From contig OZ245002.1 of the NCBI GenBank assembly GCA_965223415.1, forward strand, positions 2,688,001-2,752,000: a DNA stretch of 64,000 nucleotides, in the 5' to 3' direction. A program made the position numbers and the translations under genes. Every line of letters starts with the position of its first letter. The stretch's first letter is position 1. The notes under the pieces were generated by a model. The model was given only the letters and a program-made list of their open reading frames with translations, made no database searches and was not told where the DNA came from. The stretch is from Myxococcota bacterium. Its GTDB lineage: Bacteria; Myxococcota_A; UBA9160; UBA6930. Below are positions 8,341-18,447 of this stretch, piece by piece.

Positions 8341-10848
8341 GTGACGACGAGAAGGTCCCTTGCGACTCGTGCGGGCGCCCACGCGCTCGCCCTGCTGGTG
8401 ACGGCCTCGCTCGGCCTGGGCTGCAGCGACGACGCCCAGCTCGTGAGCGAGCACCTGGCGGCGGCGGCGGCCCACGAAGAGGCGGGCGAGGCCCGCGAGG
8501 CCGTCCTCGAGCTGCGCAGCGCCCTGCGCCTCGCGCCCCAGGACGCCGACATCAACCTGCGGCTGGCGCGGCTCTCCCAGCGCAACGGCAACCTGAGCGA
8601 CGCGCTCTTCTACTTCGAGGAGGTCCGCCGCCTCGACCCCGACGACTCCGAGGCGGCCATCGGCATCATCGCCCTGGTGCAGGCCACGGACCTCGAGCGT
8701 GCCCGGGAGGAGGCGGACCTGCTGGTCGAGAAGGACCCGACCAATCCCCTCGCGCACCTGGCGGCTTCCGGTGTCGCCCTCGTCGAGGAGGACGTGGACG
8801 CGGCGCTCACCTCCGCCCTCACCGCCGTCGAGCTCGACCCCGAGGCGCCGGCCGTGCACCTCCAGCTGGGCCTCGTCCACGAGGCGAACGTCCGCGCCCA
8901 CCACATGGCCAAGCAGAACGTCCCGGAGGACGTCTACACCTCCGCCATCGCGGCCTTCCGGCGCACCCGGGAGCTGGCGACGACCGAGGAGGAGGTGCCG
9001 ACGCGGCTGCGCGCTTGGATGGAGGAGGCGAAGACCTACGCGCGCTGGCCCGGGCACCGGGAGGAGCTGCGCGCGGTCACGGCCGAGGCCTACGAAGACC
9101 TCCACGGCGCCGAGGACCAGATTCGGCGGGTGCTCGTCCAGGCTTCGCTCGGGCTCGGCCGGCAGCTCCGGGACGTCGAGCTGATCCGTTGGTCCCTCGA
9201 GCGCAGCGTGGAGCTGGATCCCCGGGACTTCCGCGCCTGGGGCGACCTGGCGCTGATGGAGGCCCAGGCGGAAGACCGCGGCATGGGCGTGCTGGACCGG
9301 ATGATCGCCCAGCTCCCCGACGACGGTGCCGCCCATGCGCTCTACGCCCGGCGGCTCGCCCAGCTCGGCAGGGCCGAGGAGGCGATCGCCTACCTGGAGG
9401 GCGCCATCGGGAAGCTGGAGGCCTCGTCAGCGGACCTGGGTCACGCCCTCGCCCGTCTGGCCAACCTCCAGGTGGGCGCCGGCGATCTGGAGGCGGCCGC
9501 CGCGACGCGGGACCGCCTGGACCAGGAGGCCCCGGGGTCGATCCACAGCTTCAGCGCCCGGGCGGTCGTGGCCCAGGCCGAGGGCGACACCGAAGCCGCG
9601 AGGGAGGCGCTCCAGAGCTGGATCGAGGCGAGCGAGAGCCTCGTGGCCATGCGCATGCTCGGCCTGCTCGAGCTCCAGCGGGGCAACGCCAAGGCGGCCC
9701 TCGAGGTCGCCGACCGCTCCGTCGAGGTGGCGCGCCGTGAGGGCGAGCGCCAGCGCCCCTATCTCTGCATCCGGGGGATGGCCCTGATGCGGCTCGGCCA
9801 GCGTCAGGCGGGCATGCGGGCCCTCGCGTTGGCGCGCCGAAGCGCCGGGGCGCCGGTGGCGGGCTGCCGCGTGGCCTACGCGGAGGCACTCTACGCATCG
9901 GGCCGGGACGAGCAGGCGTTCGAGGCGCTCGAGCCCCTGGTGGAGCAGGGCCAGCGCGAGGCGGTGCTCGTGTTCGCCCGGCGAGAGGGGGAAAACCAGC
10001 CGAAGCGCGCGCGGGCCCTGCTGGAGCAGGGCCTCGAAGCGCGTCCGTCGGACGCGGTCTTCCTGGGCCGACTCGTGCAGATGGACCTGGCCGAAGGCGA
10101 CGGCGAGGCGGCCGTCGCCCGCGCCCGCGCCGCCGCCGAGGCCTACCCGGATTCGCCGGGCATGAACCTCATCCTGGGCCGCGTCCTGGCGACCACCCGC
10201 GCGAACGACGAAGCCGTCGCGGTGCTGGAGAAGACGTTGGAGCGCTGGCCCTCGGTACCCGGCACCTCCGCCTCCCTGCTCGACCTGCTGCGGAGGCTCG
10301 GGCGGCTCGAGGAGGCCCGCGACACCTTCGAGAGGCTCTACGCCGAAGGCAGCCTGGCCCCTGGAAGCCAGGTCATGCTGGCCCGGCTGCGGAACCGCGG
10401 CGGGGACGAAGCCGGGGCCGTCGAGCTCCTGGAGGCGGCCCTGGCGACCGAGCCGGACCTGACGGCGGCGGCCAACGACCTCGCTTACCTCTTGGCGGTG
10501 CGGGGCGACGATCTGGAGCGCGCCACCGAGCTCGCCCAGGTGGCGCGCGGACAGGAGCCCGAGTCGCCGTCCATCGCGGACACCCTCGGCTGGGTCTTCC
10601 AGCAGCGCGGCCTGCACAACGCGGCCCTGGTGCAGTTCGAAGAGGCCATCGAGCTGGCGGATCCGCAGAGCCCCGCCTGGGCGACGGCGAACTTCCACCG
10701 CGCCCTGGCGCTGCGGGAGCTCGACCGGGGCGAAGAAGCGATCACGGCGGTCGAGCGCGCCCTCGCGTCCGGAACCGATTTCCCGGAGGCGGAGCAGGCC
10801 CGGGAGATCATTCGCGAGCTCTCGGCCGCGGCGACCGACGAGAGCTAG
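8341..10848 (+). CDS. TPR-repeat lipoprotein (second paralog)
   Basis: Lipobox LGLGC; TPR repeats; ANDLAYLLA...IADTLGWV. Confidence 0.85.
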   Translation: MTTRRSLATRAGAHALALLVTASLGLGCSDDAQLVSEHLAAAAAHEEAGEAREAVLELRSALRLAPQDADINLRLARLSQRNGNLSDALFYFEEVRRLDPDDSEAAIGIIALVQATDLERAREEADLLVEKDPTNPLAHLAASGVALVEEDVDAALTSALTAVELDPEAPAVHLQLGLVHEANVRAHHMAKQNVPEDVYTSAIAAFRRTRELATTEEEVPTRLRAWMEEAKTYARWPGHREELRAVTAEAYEDLHGAEDQIRRVLVQASLGLGRQLRDVELIRWSLERSVELDPRDFRAWGDLALMEAQAEDRGMGVLDRMIAQLPDDGAAHALYARRLAQLGRAEEAIAYLEGAIGKLEASSADLGHALARLANLQVGAGDLEAAAATRDRLDQEAPGSIHSFSARAVVAQAEGDTEAAREALQSWIEASESLVAMRMLGLLELQRGNAKAALEVADRSVEVARREGERQRPYLCIRGMALMRLGQRQAGMRALALARRSAGAPVAGCRVAYAEALYASGRDEQAFEALEPLVEQGQREAVLVFARREGENQPKRARALLEQGLEARPSDAVFLGRLVQMDLAEGDGEAAVARARAAAEAYPDSPGMNLILGRVLATTRANDEAVAVLEKTLERWPSVPGTSASLLDLLRRLGRLEEARDTFERLYAEGSLAPGSQVMLARLRNRGGDEAGAVELLEAALATEPDLTAAANDLAYLLAVRGDDLERATELAQVARGQEPESPSIADTLGWVFQQRGLHNAALVQFEEAIELADPQSPAWATANFHRALALRELDRGEEAITAVERALASGTDFPEAEQAREIIRELSAAATDES

Positions 10849-10850
10849 CC

Positions 10851-12521
10851 GTGCCCGCTGGCGACCGCCCCGGCGCGCGGCGCGGCGGCCCGAGGGACGC
10901 GCTGCTGCTGCTGGCGGGCTTCGTCCTGATCGCGCTGGCGCTGTACGCGCCGATCATGAACGCGGGCTGGCTCTCCGACGACCTCTCGGTGATCGCGGGC
11001 AACCCCTACGTGCAGGAGCTGAGCCTCGAGAACCTGGGGGTCGTCCTCGACCCCTACGGCGCGGCCACCGCTTACGCATTCAACTACTCGCCGGTGCATC
11101 TGCTGCTGCACGCGGTGAACATCCAGCTGTTCGGCGGGAGCTTCTGGGGGCACCACTTCGTGAACGTGCTGCTGCACGCGCTCACGGCCCTGCTCTTCGT
11201 CCTGCTGCTGCGCTCGTCGAAGCTCCCCTACTCCGTCGCGGCCGCCGCGGGCTTCCTGTTCCTCGTGCACCCGGCGAACGCCGAATCGGTGGCCCTGATC
11301 TTCCAGGCGAAGACGACGCTGTCCACCGCCCTGGCCCTGGGCGCGCTGCTCTGCTTCTTCCGGTGGCCGCTGGCGAGCGTGGCGCTGTTCGGGCTGGCGC
11401 TCCTCACCAAGATCACCGCAGTCTTCGCGCTTCCCGGGCTCTTCCTGCTGGTTCGGGCGCGACGGGCCGAGCCGGATCGCGAGGTTCCGGGCTTCGCCTG
11501 GGTGGCGGCCTGGGCCTTCGTGCTGGTGCTGGTCTCCCTGCCGGAGCTCGAGGCCTTCCGGCGCACCGGACAGGCGGGCTCGGGCATGGGCGAGGGCTTC
11601 CAGCTGGCCCGCTCGATCGTGGGGATCGCCGGCCGCTACCTGGTGATGGCGGCGAGCTCCGTCGGCGTCTCCCCCCTGCACAACCCGGAGCCGAGCGCGT
11701 CCTGGCTCGACCCGTGGTTCCTGGCGGGATGCGTGGCGCTGGGGCTGCTCGGCTGGCGCAGCGCCCGGGCGTTCCTGCGACGGGACGAGGAGGCCGCCTA
11801 CTGGGGAATGGCGGCGGCCGGCTTCTTCCCCGTCTGCCAGCTCTTTCCCTTCCTGTATCCGATGGCCGACCGCTACCTCTACACCATGCTCGTCGGCTTG
11901 CTGGGCGGGGCGTGCTTGGCCCTGAGGCAGGTCCCGGCGGCATGGGCGCCCACTGCCGGGTGGACGCGGCGAATTCCGGGCCTGGCTAGGCCCGGTGCAC
12001 TCGTCGCGGCCGGGCTGCTCGTCGCTGCAGTGGGACTGGGCGCGGTGACCTCGTCGCGGGTGGGCGTCTTCCGCACCGAGCAGGCGATGACGCGGGAAGG
12101 CGCCCGCAACTACCCGAACGGCATCGCCGCCAACCTCCGCGCCCTGCAGCTCGCCGGCCCGATCGGGAACGCCGCGGCCGCCGCCGAGGCCGTGCGAAAC
12201 CTCGATGCCCTGGGCTTCGCCGCCTACAACGGCCTGGTGAACGACGCCGGGCTGAACCGGGTGGCGCGGGACCCCGCCTATCGGGCCGCGATCCAGGACA
12301 TGGCCGGCTATTGGATCGAGCGCATCGGCCCGCTCGAGGAGCGTTTCCAGATCGAGTACCAGCAGCTCGCCTACTCCCACCTGGTGCGGGAGGAGCTGCG
12401 CGAGAGCCTCGAGGCCGCCGAGCAGGGCCTCGCCCTGGGCGGCCCCCACGACGCCGACCTGCGCGCGATTCGCGACGCGGCCCAGGCGGGGCTCGCGCGT
12501 CGGGATTCGGCGGAGCCATGA
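10851..12521 (+). CDS. TMTC-like GT-C fold membrane glycosyltransferase
   Basis: First TM followed by SDD...NPYV loop; HFVNVLLH, HPANAESVA and MADRYLY motifs; many TM segments. Confidence 0.72.
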   Translation: MPAGDRPGARRGGPRDALLLLAGFVLIALALYAPIMNAGWLSDDLSVIAGNPYVQELSLENLGVVLDPYGAATAYAFNYSPVHLLLHAVNIQLFGGSFWGHHFVNVLLHALTALLFVLLLRSSKLPYSVAAAAGFLFLVHPANAESVALIFQAKTTLSTALALGALLCFFRWPLASVALFGLALLTKITAVFALPGLFLLVRARRAEPDREVPGFAWVAAWAFVLVLVSLPELEAFRRTGQAGSGMGEGFQLARSIVGIAGRYLVMAASSVGVSPLHNPEPSASWLDPWFLAGCVALGLLGWRSARAFLRRDEEAAYWGMAAAGFFPVCQLFPFLYPMADRYLYTMLVGLLGGACLALRQVPAAWAPTAGWTRRIPGLARPGALVAAGLLVAAVGLGAVTSSRVGVFRTEQAMTREGARNYPNGIAANLRALQLAGPIGNAAAAAEAVRNLDALGFAAYNGLVNDAGLNRVARDPAYRAAIQDMAGYWIERIGPLEERFQIEYQQLAYSHLVREELRESLEAAEQGLALGGPHDADLRAIRDAAQAGLARRDSAEP

Positions 12522-15500
12522 GCGGCCCGCCGCGCGCCGGGGAGGCGGCCGGCCGTCACTCCGTGGACTGGCGCTTCGGCGGCGTGCTCGCCTGCTTCGT
12601 GCTGAGCGGCTTCGCGGGCCTGCTCTATCAGACCGCGTGGACCCGCCAGTTCTCCTTCGCCTTCGGCACCTCGAGCCTGGCCGTGGCGACTGTGCTGGCC
12701 GCCTACATGGGCGGGCTCGCGGCCGGGGCCGCCCTCGCGGCCCGCTTCCTCCCCCGCGTGAGGCGACCGCTCCTCACCTATGGCCTGCTGGAGGGCGGCG
12801 TCGCCCTGGCCGCCCTGGGCGTGCCTTTCGCGGTGGAAGCCGCGGGCGACCTGCGAGCCGCCTGGCTCGGCGGCGGCCCGATCCCCTCGGAAGGCGGCGT
12901 CGGCGCGGCCGGCTTCTACCTCTTCGTCTCCTTCCTCGTGCTGTGCATCCCCACGGCACTGATGGGCGCGACCCTTCCGCTGCTCACGCGCCACGCGGTC
13001 CACAACGAGGCCCAGATCGGGCCGCGGATCGGCGCCCTCTACACCACGAACACGCTGGGCGCCGTCGCCGGCACCCTCGCGACCGCCTTCGTCCTGCTGC
13101 CGGCCCTCGGTCTCGGCGGGACGATCCGCGTCGGCGTGGCCACGAACGCCCTGGTGCTGCTGGTGGCCTGGGCGCTGGCCCGCGGCAGCGCGCCGACGAC
13201 CGAGCCGGCACCCGCGGCGGAGCCTGCCGTGCACCCGATCGCCGCGCGGGGCGGCGCCTTCCTGGCCATCGCCTTCGGCGCCGGGGTCGCTTCGTTCACC
13301 TTCGAGGTGCTGTGGACGCGGCTGCTCGAGCACGTGCTCGGGGGGAGCGTCTTCGCCTTCGCCACGATGCTGGCGAGCTTCCTGGTCGGCATCGCCCTCG
13401 GCGCCGCCGTCGCGGCGCGGCTGGCGACGAGCCCGGGGCGCGCGGCCGCCGGCCTGGCCTTCTCCCAGGTGGGCGCCGGCGTGCTGGCCCTCGCCGCCTA
13501 CGTGATGGCCCAGGGCCTTCCGGAGCTCGCGGCCGGGCTGGGCGAAGCGAGCCCCCTGCGACGGCTCCTCACCCTCTCCCTCTACGGCGGCGCCATGCTG
13601 CTGCCCTCGGCCCTGTGCATCGGCGCGACCTTCCCGTTCGTCGTGCGCGCCATCGTGCGCGGTCCCGAGGATTCCGGCGGCGCCAGCGCACGCGTCTACG
13701 CCTGGAACACCTTGGGCGCGATCGTGGGATCCGTCGGCGCGGGCTTCGTCATCATCCCGTGGCTGGGCTACGAGGGAACCCTGCGGGCGACGGTGCTACT
13801 GAACGTGGCCCTCGGCGCCGGCGCGGCCCTGTTCGCGCGCCCGCCCTCGCGAAGCGCCCTGGCCGTAGCCTCGGCGAGCCTGCTCGCCCTCGCGTGGGTG
13901 GCTCCGTCGCCTCCCTGGACCCTGCTGCGCAGCCGGGCCGGTGGGGGCGTGGAGGAGGCTGCCGACGAGGTGCTCTACTACGGCGTCGGACGCGGCGGCA
14001 CGGTGCTGCTCACGCGCCGCGACCGGATCTTCCGACTCTGGACGAACGGGCTACCCGAAGCCGGCGTCGGCATGCACGGCCAGCGGCCGGGAATCGGGCT
14101 CACCGCCCGCTGGCTCGGCGCGCTCCCCGCGCTGCGGCCCGGCGGCTCGAAGCACCTGCTGGTCGTGGGCCTCGGGGGCGGGACCGCGGTGGAGAGCGTG
14201 CCGCCCTCGGTCGAGCAGGTGGAGGTGATCGAGATCGAGGAGGAGGTCGTCGCCGCCAATCGGGCCATTGCGAACCGGCGCGCCCACGACCCCCTCGCGG
14301 ACCCGCGGGTGGCGGTCCGGGTGAACGACGCCCGCGGTGCGCTCCGACTCACCGGCGACCGCTTCGACGCCATCGTTTCCCAGCCCTCCCATCCGTGGAC
14401 GGCGGGCGCCTCCCATCTCTATACCCGGGAGTTCTTCGAGCTCGTGAAGAGCCGGCTCGAGCCCGGCGGCGTGTTCGTGCAGTGGATCGGCCTGGGCTTC
14501 GCGGACGAGCCCCTGCTGCGCAGCCTCGCCGCGACGCTGGGCGGCTCCTTTGCCCACGTCCGCGCCTACCAGCCGAACCCGGCGGGCCTGCTCTTCCTGG
14601 CTTCGAACGAGCCGCTGGCCGACCGGGCCGAGGAGGCGCGGCGGATCGCCGCCGACGCCGCGGCCTTCGCCGAGCTGGGGGTGCGGGGGGTCGAGGACCT
14701 GATCGCCCTCCAGGCCCTGGACGAGCGCGGGGTCGCCCTGCTCGGCGCCGGCGCTCCCCTGATCCGCGACGACCACAACCTGTTCGCCACCCGCTCCCCC
14801 TTCCTGGTCCGCAAGGACGCGGCCGCGGACTCCCGGCGCGTGCTCGCCGAGTACGACCCGCTGCGGGGCAGCGGAGAGGACGTGGACCTCGTCTCCATGA
14901 TCCGCCGGCTCGCCACCATGGGCCAGCGGGAGCGAGCCAAGCGCCTCGCCGGGCGCGTCCGGGGCGAGACCGAGCGCATCGTCCTGAGTGGCGAGCTGCA
15001 CCTCCGCGCCGGGCGGGAGCACAAGATGGTCTCCGCCTGGCGGCGCGCCCTCGGGCGGGACCCGGGCCTCGAGACCCCCCGCTACCGGCTGGCGGAGCAC
15101 CGGACCCTGGCGGGGGAAGCCGTCGAGGAGGCCTTCCTCGAGCCCCTGAGTGCGCCGGCCCGCGCGGTCGTCCGGGGCCTGGCCCTGCGCCGGGACGGCC
15201 GTTGGGAGGAGCTCGCGGCCCTGGAGCCGGCGCTCTCCCGGGTGGACTACCGGCACGCGGCCCGCGACGGCGCCGTGGCCCTGCGCGCCGAGTGGCGCCT
15301 CCACAGGGACGATCCCGCGCTCGCCCGGGAGGCTCTGGCCGTCGTGGACGCGGACGCCTTCGGCTGGCCTCCCGCCCGATTGCTGCTGCGCGCCCGTGCC
15401 GCCCTCGCGGCGGAGCGCTTCGACGTCGCCATTTCGACCCTGCACGACATCATCGGCCTGTCCCGGGGCCGCGCCGGCCGTCTGAGCGAGGTCGCGGACG

Positions 15501-15622
15501 GCGCGCTCCGGGTGCTCGCCGCCATCCCGCGTAGCGAGCTCGCGGACACCCAGCGGGACGACCTGCGGGTCGCGCTGCGGCGTCTGGCGGGAACCCAGCG
15601 GTCCGGTCGGTCGGGAGGTTAG
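12518..15622 (+). CDS. Fused membrane (MFS-like)/spermidine-synthase-like SAM-binding protein
   Basis: ATGA overlap with upstream gene; multi-TM N-terminus; VVGLGGG, VIEIE, NDAR, SQPSHPW, LYTREFF. Confidence 0.85.
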   Translation: MSGPPRAGEAAGRHSVDWRFGGVLACFVLSGFAGLLYQTAWTRQFSFAFGTSSLAVATVLAAYMGGLAAGAALAARFLPRVRRPLLTYGLLEGGVALAALGVPFAVEAAGDLRAAWLGGGPIPSEGGVGAAGFYLFVSFLVLCIPTALMGATLPLLTRHAVHNEAQIGPRIGALYTTNTLGAVAGTLATAFVLLPALGLGGTIRVGVATNALVLLVAWALARGSAPTTEPAPAAEPAVHPIAARGGAFLAIAFGAGVASFTFEVLWTRLLEHVLGGSVFAFATMLASFLVGIALGAAVAARLATSPGRAAAGLAFSQVGAGVLALAAYVMAQGLPELAAGLGEASPLRRLLTLSLYGGAMLLPSALCIGATFPFVVRAIVRGPEDSGGASARVYAWNTLGAIVGSVGAGFVIIPWLGYEGTLRATVLLNVALGAGAALFARPPSRSALAVASASLLALAWVAPSPPWTLLRSRAGGGVEEAADEVLYYGVGRGGTVLLTRRDRIFRLWTNGLPEAGVGMHGQRPGIGLTARWLGALPALRPGGSKHLLVVGLGGGTAVESVPPSVEQVEVIEIEEEVVAANRAIANRRAHDPLADPRVAVRVNDARGALRLTGDRFDAIVSQPSHPWTAGASHLYTREFFELVKSRLEPGGVFVQWIGLGFADEPLLRSLAATLGGSFAHVRAYQPNPAGLLFLASNEPLADRAEEARRIAADAAAFAELGVRGVEDLIALQALDERGVALLGAGAPLIRDDHNLFATRSPFLVRKDAAADSRRVLAEYDPLRGSGEDVDLVSMIRRLATMGQRERAKRLAGRVRGETERIVLSGELHLRAGREHKMVSAWRRALGRDPGLETPRYRLAEHRTLAGEAVEEAFLEPLSAPARAVVRGLALRRDGRWEELAALEPALSRVDYRHAARDGAVALRAEWRLHRDDPALAREALAVVDADAFGWPPARLLLRARAALAAERFDVAISTLHDIIGLSRGRAGRLSEVADGALRVLAAIPRSELADTQRDDLRVALRRLAGTQRSGRSGG

Positions 15623-15626
15623 GCGG

Positions 15627-18416
15627 GTGCCGAGCCGGGTCGCGATCGCCGCCCTGTCGGCGGTGTTCTTCGTCTCCGGAGCGGCCGCGCTGATCTTCGA
15701 GAGCCTGTGGTTCCGCCAGGCCGGCCTCGCCTTCGGCAACAGCGTGTGGGCTTCGACGCTCGTGCTCTCGAGCTTCATGGCGGGGCTCGCCGCCGGGAAT
15801 GCCCTGGCGGTGCGTCGGGGTGACGCGATCCGCCACCCGGTGCGCTTCTACGCCGTCCTCGAGGTGACCGTCGCCCTGAGCGGCGCCCTGCTCGTCTTCG
15901 TGCTGCCGGACCTGGGCCGGGCCCTGGCACCGATACTCGGAACCCTGGACGACCAGCCGTTCCTGCTGAACGCCATCCGCTTCGGGCTGGGCTTCCTGCT
16001 GCTGGTGGCGCCGGCCACCGCGATGGGAGTGACCCTCCCGGTGCTGGTGAAGGCCCTGCGGGTCTGGGACCCGGACTTCGGCGCGGTGCTCGGACGCCTC
16101 TACGGCTTCAACACCCTGGGCGCGGTGCTCGGCGCCCTGGCGGCGGAGACCGTGCTGACCCGCTGGCTCGGCGTGCGCGGCACCTCCCTGGCGGCGGCGG
16201 GCCTGTACCTGGCGGCGGCGGCGGTGGCGCTCGCGATCCACCGGGCCTTCGCCACGCGCGGCGCGGCGCCGGCCGCCGGGCCGGGGACGGCGCCGGCGTC
16301 CGGAGCCGGCAGCCGGCTGCGCGCGGGGGCGCTGGCGGCGTCCAGCTTCCTGGCGGGCTTCGCGCTGCTGGCCTTCGAGGTGGTCTGGTTCCGCTTCGTG
16401 CGGCTCTTCATCGACCCGAACCCGCGGGCCTTCTCCCTGATGCTGGCCGTCGTGCTCTCGGGCATCGGCCTGGGCGGCTTCCTGGCGGGCCTCGTCCTGC
16501 GGCGCTTCCCGCGAGCCGACCGCCACGCAGCGGCCCTGGCCTGTGCGAGCGGAGCGATCGCGGTCCTGCTGTACGCGAGCTTCGACCGCGCGTTGGCCCC
16601 CTACGAGCAGGTCTACATCCAGGGAGTGAGCGGCGTCCTCTGGCTCTCGACGCTCCTGATGCTGCCGGTGTCGGTGCTCTCGGGCGTGCTCTTCACCTTC
16701 ACCGGCTCGGCCCTGCACCGGGAGGTCGAGAGCGACGTCGGCGCCACGGGCCTCTTGGCCTTCGCGAACACCGTGGGCGGCATGCTGGGGTCCATCGCCG
16801 GCGCGTTCCTTCTGCTCCCCTTTCTCGGCATGGAGGGCTCCTTCTTCGTGTTGGGCGCCAGCTACGCCCTGGTGGCAGCGCTCCTGCTGGCGGCACGCAG
16901 CAGCGGCTCCGCCCTCTGGGTCCACGGTCTGCGCGGCGTAGCGGCGGCCGGGCTCGCGGCAGCGCTCCTGGCCTTCCCCTTCGGGGCGATGCGCGACCAC
17001 TACCTGACGATCCTGGCCGGGCGCTACGGCTACCCGGACTACTCGACCATCGAAGGCGTGCGGGAGGGACGCTCGGAGACGGTGATGTACCTGCGCACCG
17101 AGAGCCCGAAGGAGCCCGCCTATCGCCGGCTGGTGACCGGATCGTTCAGCATGGCGTCGAACCAGGTGCTCGATCGGCGCTACATGAAGCTCTTCGTCTA
17201 CTGGCCCCTGGCGCTGCGGCCCCAGAGCGAGCGTGCGCTGCTCATCAGCTACGGCATCGGCAGCACCGCCAAGGCGCTCACGGACAGCGCGGGCCTCGAG
17301 CACATCGACGTGATCGACATCTCCCGCGAGGTGACGGAGATGAGCGATCTGGCCTTCGCGGAGACGAAGGGCCATCCGCTGCGCGATCCGCGGGTGGCGC
17401 TGCACATCGAGGATGGGCGCTACTTCCTGCAGGCCACCGAGCACCGCTACGACCTGATCACCAGCGAGCCGCCGCCGCCCAAGCACGCAGGGGTCGTGAA
17501 CCTCTACACCCGCGAGTACTTCCAGCTGATGCACGACCGGCTCGCCGAGGGAGGAATCAACACCTACTGGCTTCCGGTCCACCTGCTCCGGGGGGAGGAG
17601 ACCCGTGCGATCATCCGCGCCTACTGCGACGTCTTCGAGAACTGCTCGCTGTGGGGAGGCTTCGGCTACAGCTGGATGCTGGTCGGGACGAACGGGCCGC
17701 TCGGCGGCGTCTCGGAGGAAGCGTTCTCCGCCCAGTGGCGGGATCCGGCGGTGGTGGACGAGCTGCGCACCCTCGGCGTCGAGCTCCCGGAGCAGCTCGG
17801 CGCCCTGTTCATGGCCGACGCGCCCGCCCTGAACGCGATGACGGAAGGAACACCGCCGGTCACCGACGACTTCCCGAAGCGTCTCGGCGACGACGCCACC
17901 GTGCCCGAGGACTTCGCCTGGTATCTGAGCCTGATGCGGCCCGACGCGAATCGTCGGGCGTTCGCCCGGAGCGGGCTGATCCGCGAGGCCTGGCCCGCGG
18001 CCCTGCGCGAGCGGAGCCTCCCCTACTTCGCCTTCCAGGAGATGATCGACGTCCAGCTGGGCATGCGGCGCGAGCCCCTGCCGATCGACGAGCGGATCCC
18101 GCTCCTCCATCGCATCCAGCGGGACACCCCGCTCGAGACCCTCGTTCTCTGGCACCTGGGCGTCCTCAGCGGACGCGACGACCGCCCCGCTCCGGCCGCC
18201 CGCGCGGCCCTCGCCCTCGCCCGCCGCGACTTCCCCGCCGCCCGCGCTTACTACACCCAGGCCCTGCGCCTCTCTCCCGACGACACCGACTTCGCCCGCC
18301 TCGCCTCCTACGCCCTGTGCATGGAAGGCGGACTCGCCGCCCTCGGCCTGCCCCCCTCCCAGTGCAACGAGCTCCCCCGCCTGTCCGAACGCACGCAGGG
18401 GGGCGGACGTTCCTGA
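15627..18416 (+). CDS. Fused membrane (MFS-like)/spermidine-synthase-like SAM-binding protein
   Basis: Multi-TM N-terminus; ISYGIGST, VIDIS, EDGR, SEPPPP, NLYTREYF. Confidence 0.85.
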   Translation: MPSRVAIAALSAVFFVSGAAALIFESLWFRQAGLAFGNSVWASTLVLSSFMAGLAAGNALAVRRGDAIRHPVRFYAVLEVTVALSGALLVFVLPDLGRALAPILGTLDDQPFLLNAIRFGLGFLLLVAPATAMGVTLPVLVKALRVWDPDFGAVLGRLYGFNTLGAVLGALAAETVLTRWLGVRGTSLAAAGLYLAAAAVALAIHRAFATRGAAPAAGPGTAPASGAGSRLRAGALAASSFLAGFALLAFEVVWFRFVRLFIDPNPRAFSLMLAVVLSGIGLGGFLAGLVLRRFPRADRHAAALACASGAIAVLLYASFDRALAPYEQVYIQGVSGVLWLSTLLMLPVSVLSGVLFTFTGSALHREVESDVGATGLLAFANTVGGMLGSIAGAFLLLPFLGMEGSFFVLGASYALVAALLLAARSSGSALWVHGLRGVAAAGLAAALLAFPFGAMRDHYLTILAGRYGYPDYSTIEGVREGRSETVMYLRTESPKEPAYRRLVTGSFSMASNQVLDRRYMKLFVYWPLALRPQSERALLISYGIGSTAKALTDSAGLEHIDVIDISREVTEMSDLAFAETKGHPLRDPRVALHIEDGRYFLQATEHRYDLITSEPPPPKHAGVVNLYTREYFQLMHDRLAEGGINTYWLPVHLLRGEETRAIIRAYCDVFENCSLWGGFGYSWMLVGTNGPLGGVSEEAFSAQWRDPAVVDELRTLGVELPEQLGALFMADAPALNAMTEGTPPVTDDFPKRLGDDATVPEDFAWYLSLMRPDANRRAFARSGLIREAWPAALRERSLPYFAFQEMIDVQLGMRREPLPIDERIPLLHRIQRDTPLETLVLWHLGVLSGRDDRPAPAARAALALARRDFPAARAYYTQALRLSPDDTDFARLASYALCMEGGLAALGLPPSQCNELPRLSERTQGGGRS

Positions 18417-18447
18417 ACGCGACACGGTGTTGCGCTCAGGAACCTCC
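18387..18447. repeat. REP-like palindrome, family A (degenerate copy)
   Basis: GGACGTTCCTGAACGCGACAC-G-GTGTTGCGCTCAGGAACCTCC (3 mismatches), preceded by GAACGCA; contains the stop codons of both convergent genes. Confidence 0.75.

Noticed and set aside
5758..9336. 1192-aa minus-strand ORF and similar long shadows (15450..18791, 51349..54804, most of 58451..62281)
   Set aside because: Antisense to well-supported genes; stop-poor frames are expected at this GC content; no recognisable motifs
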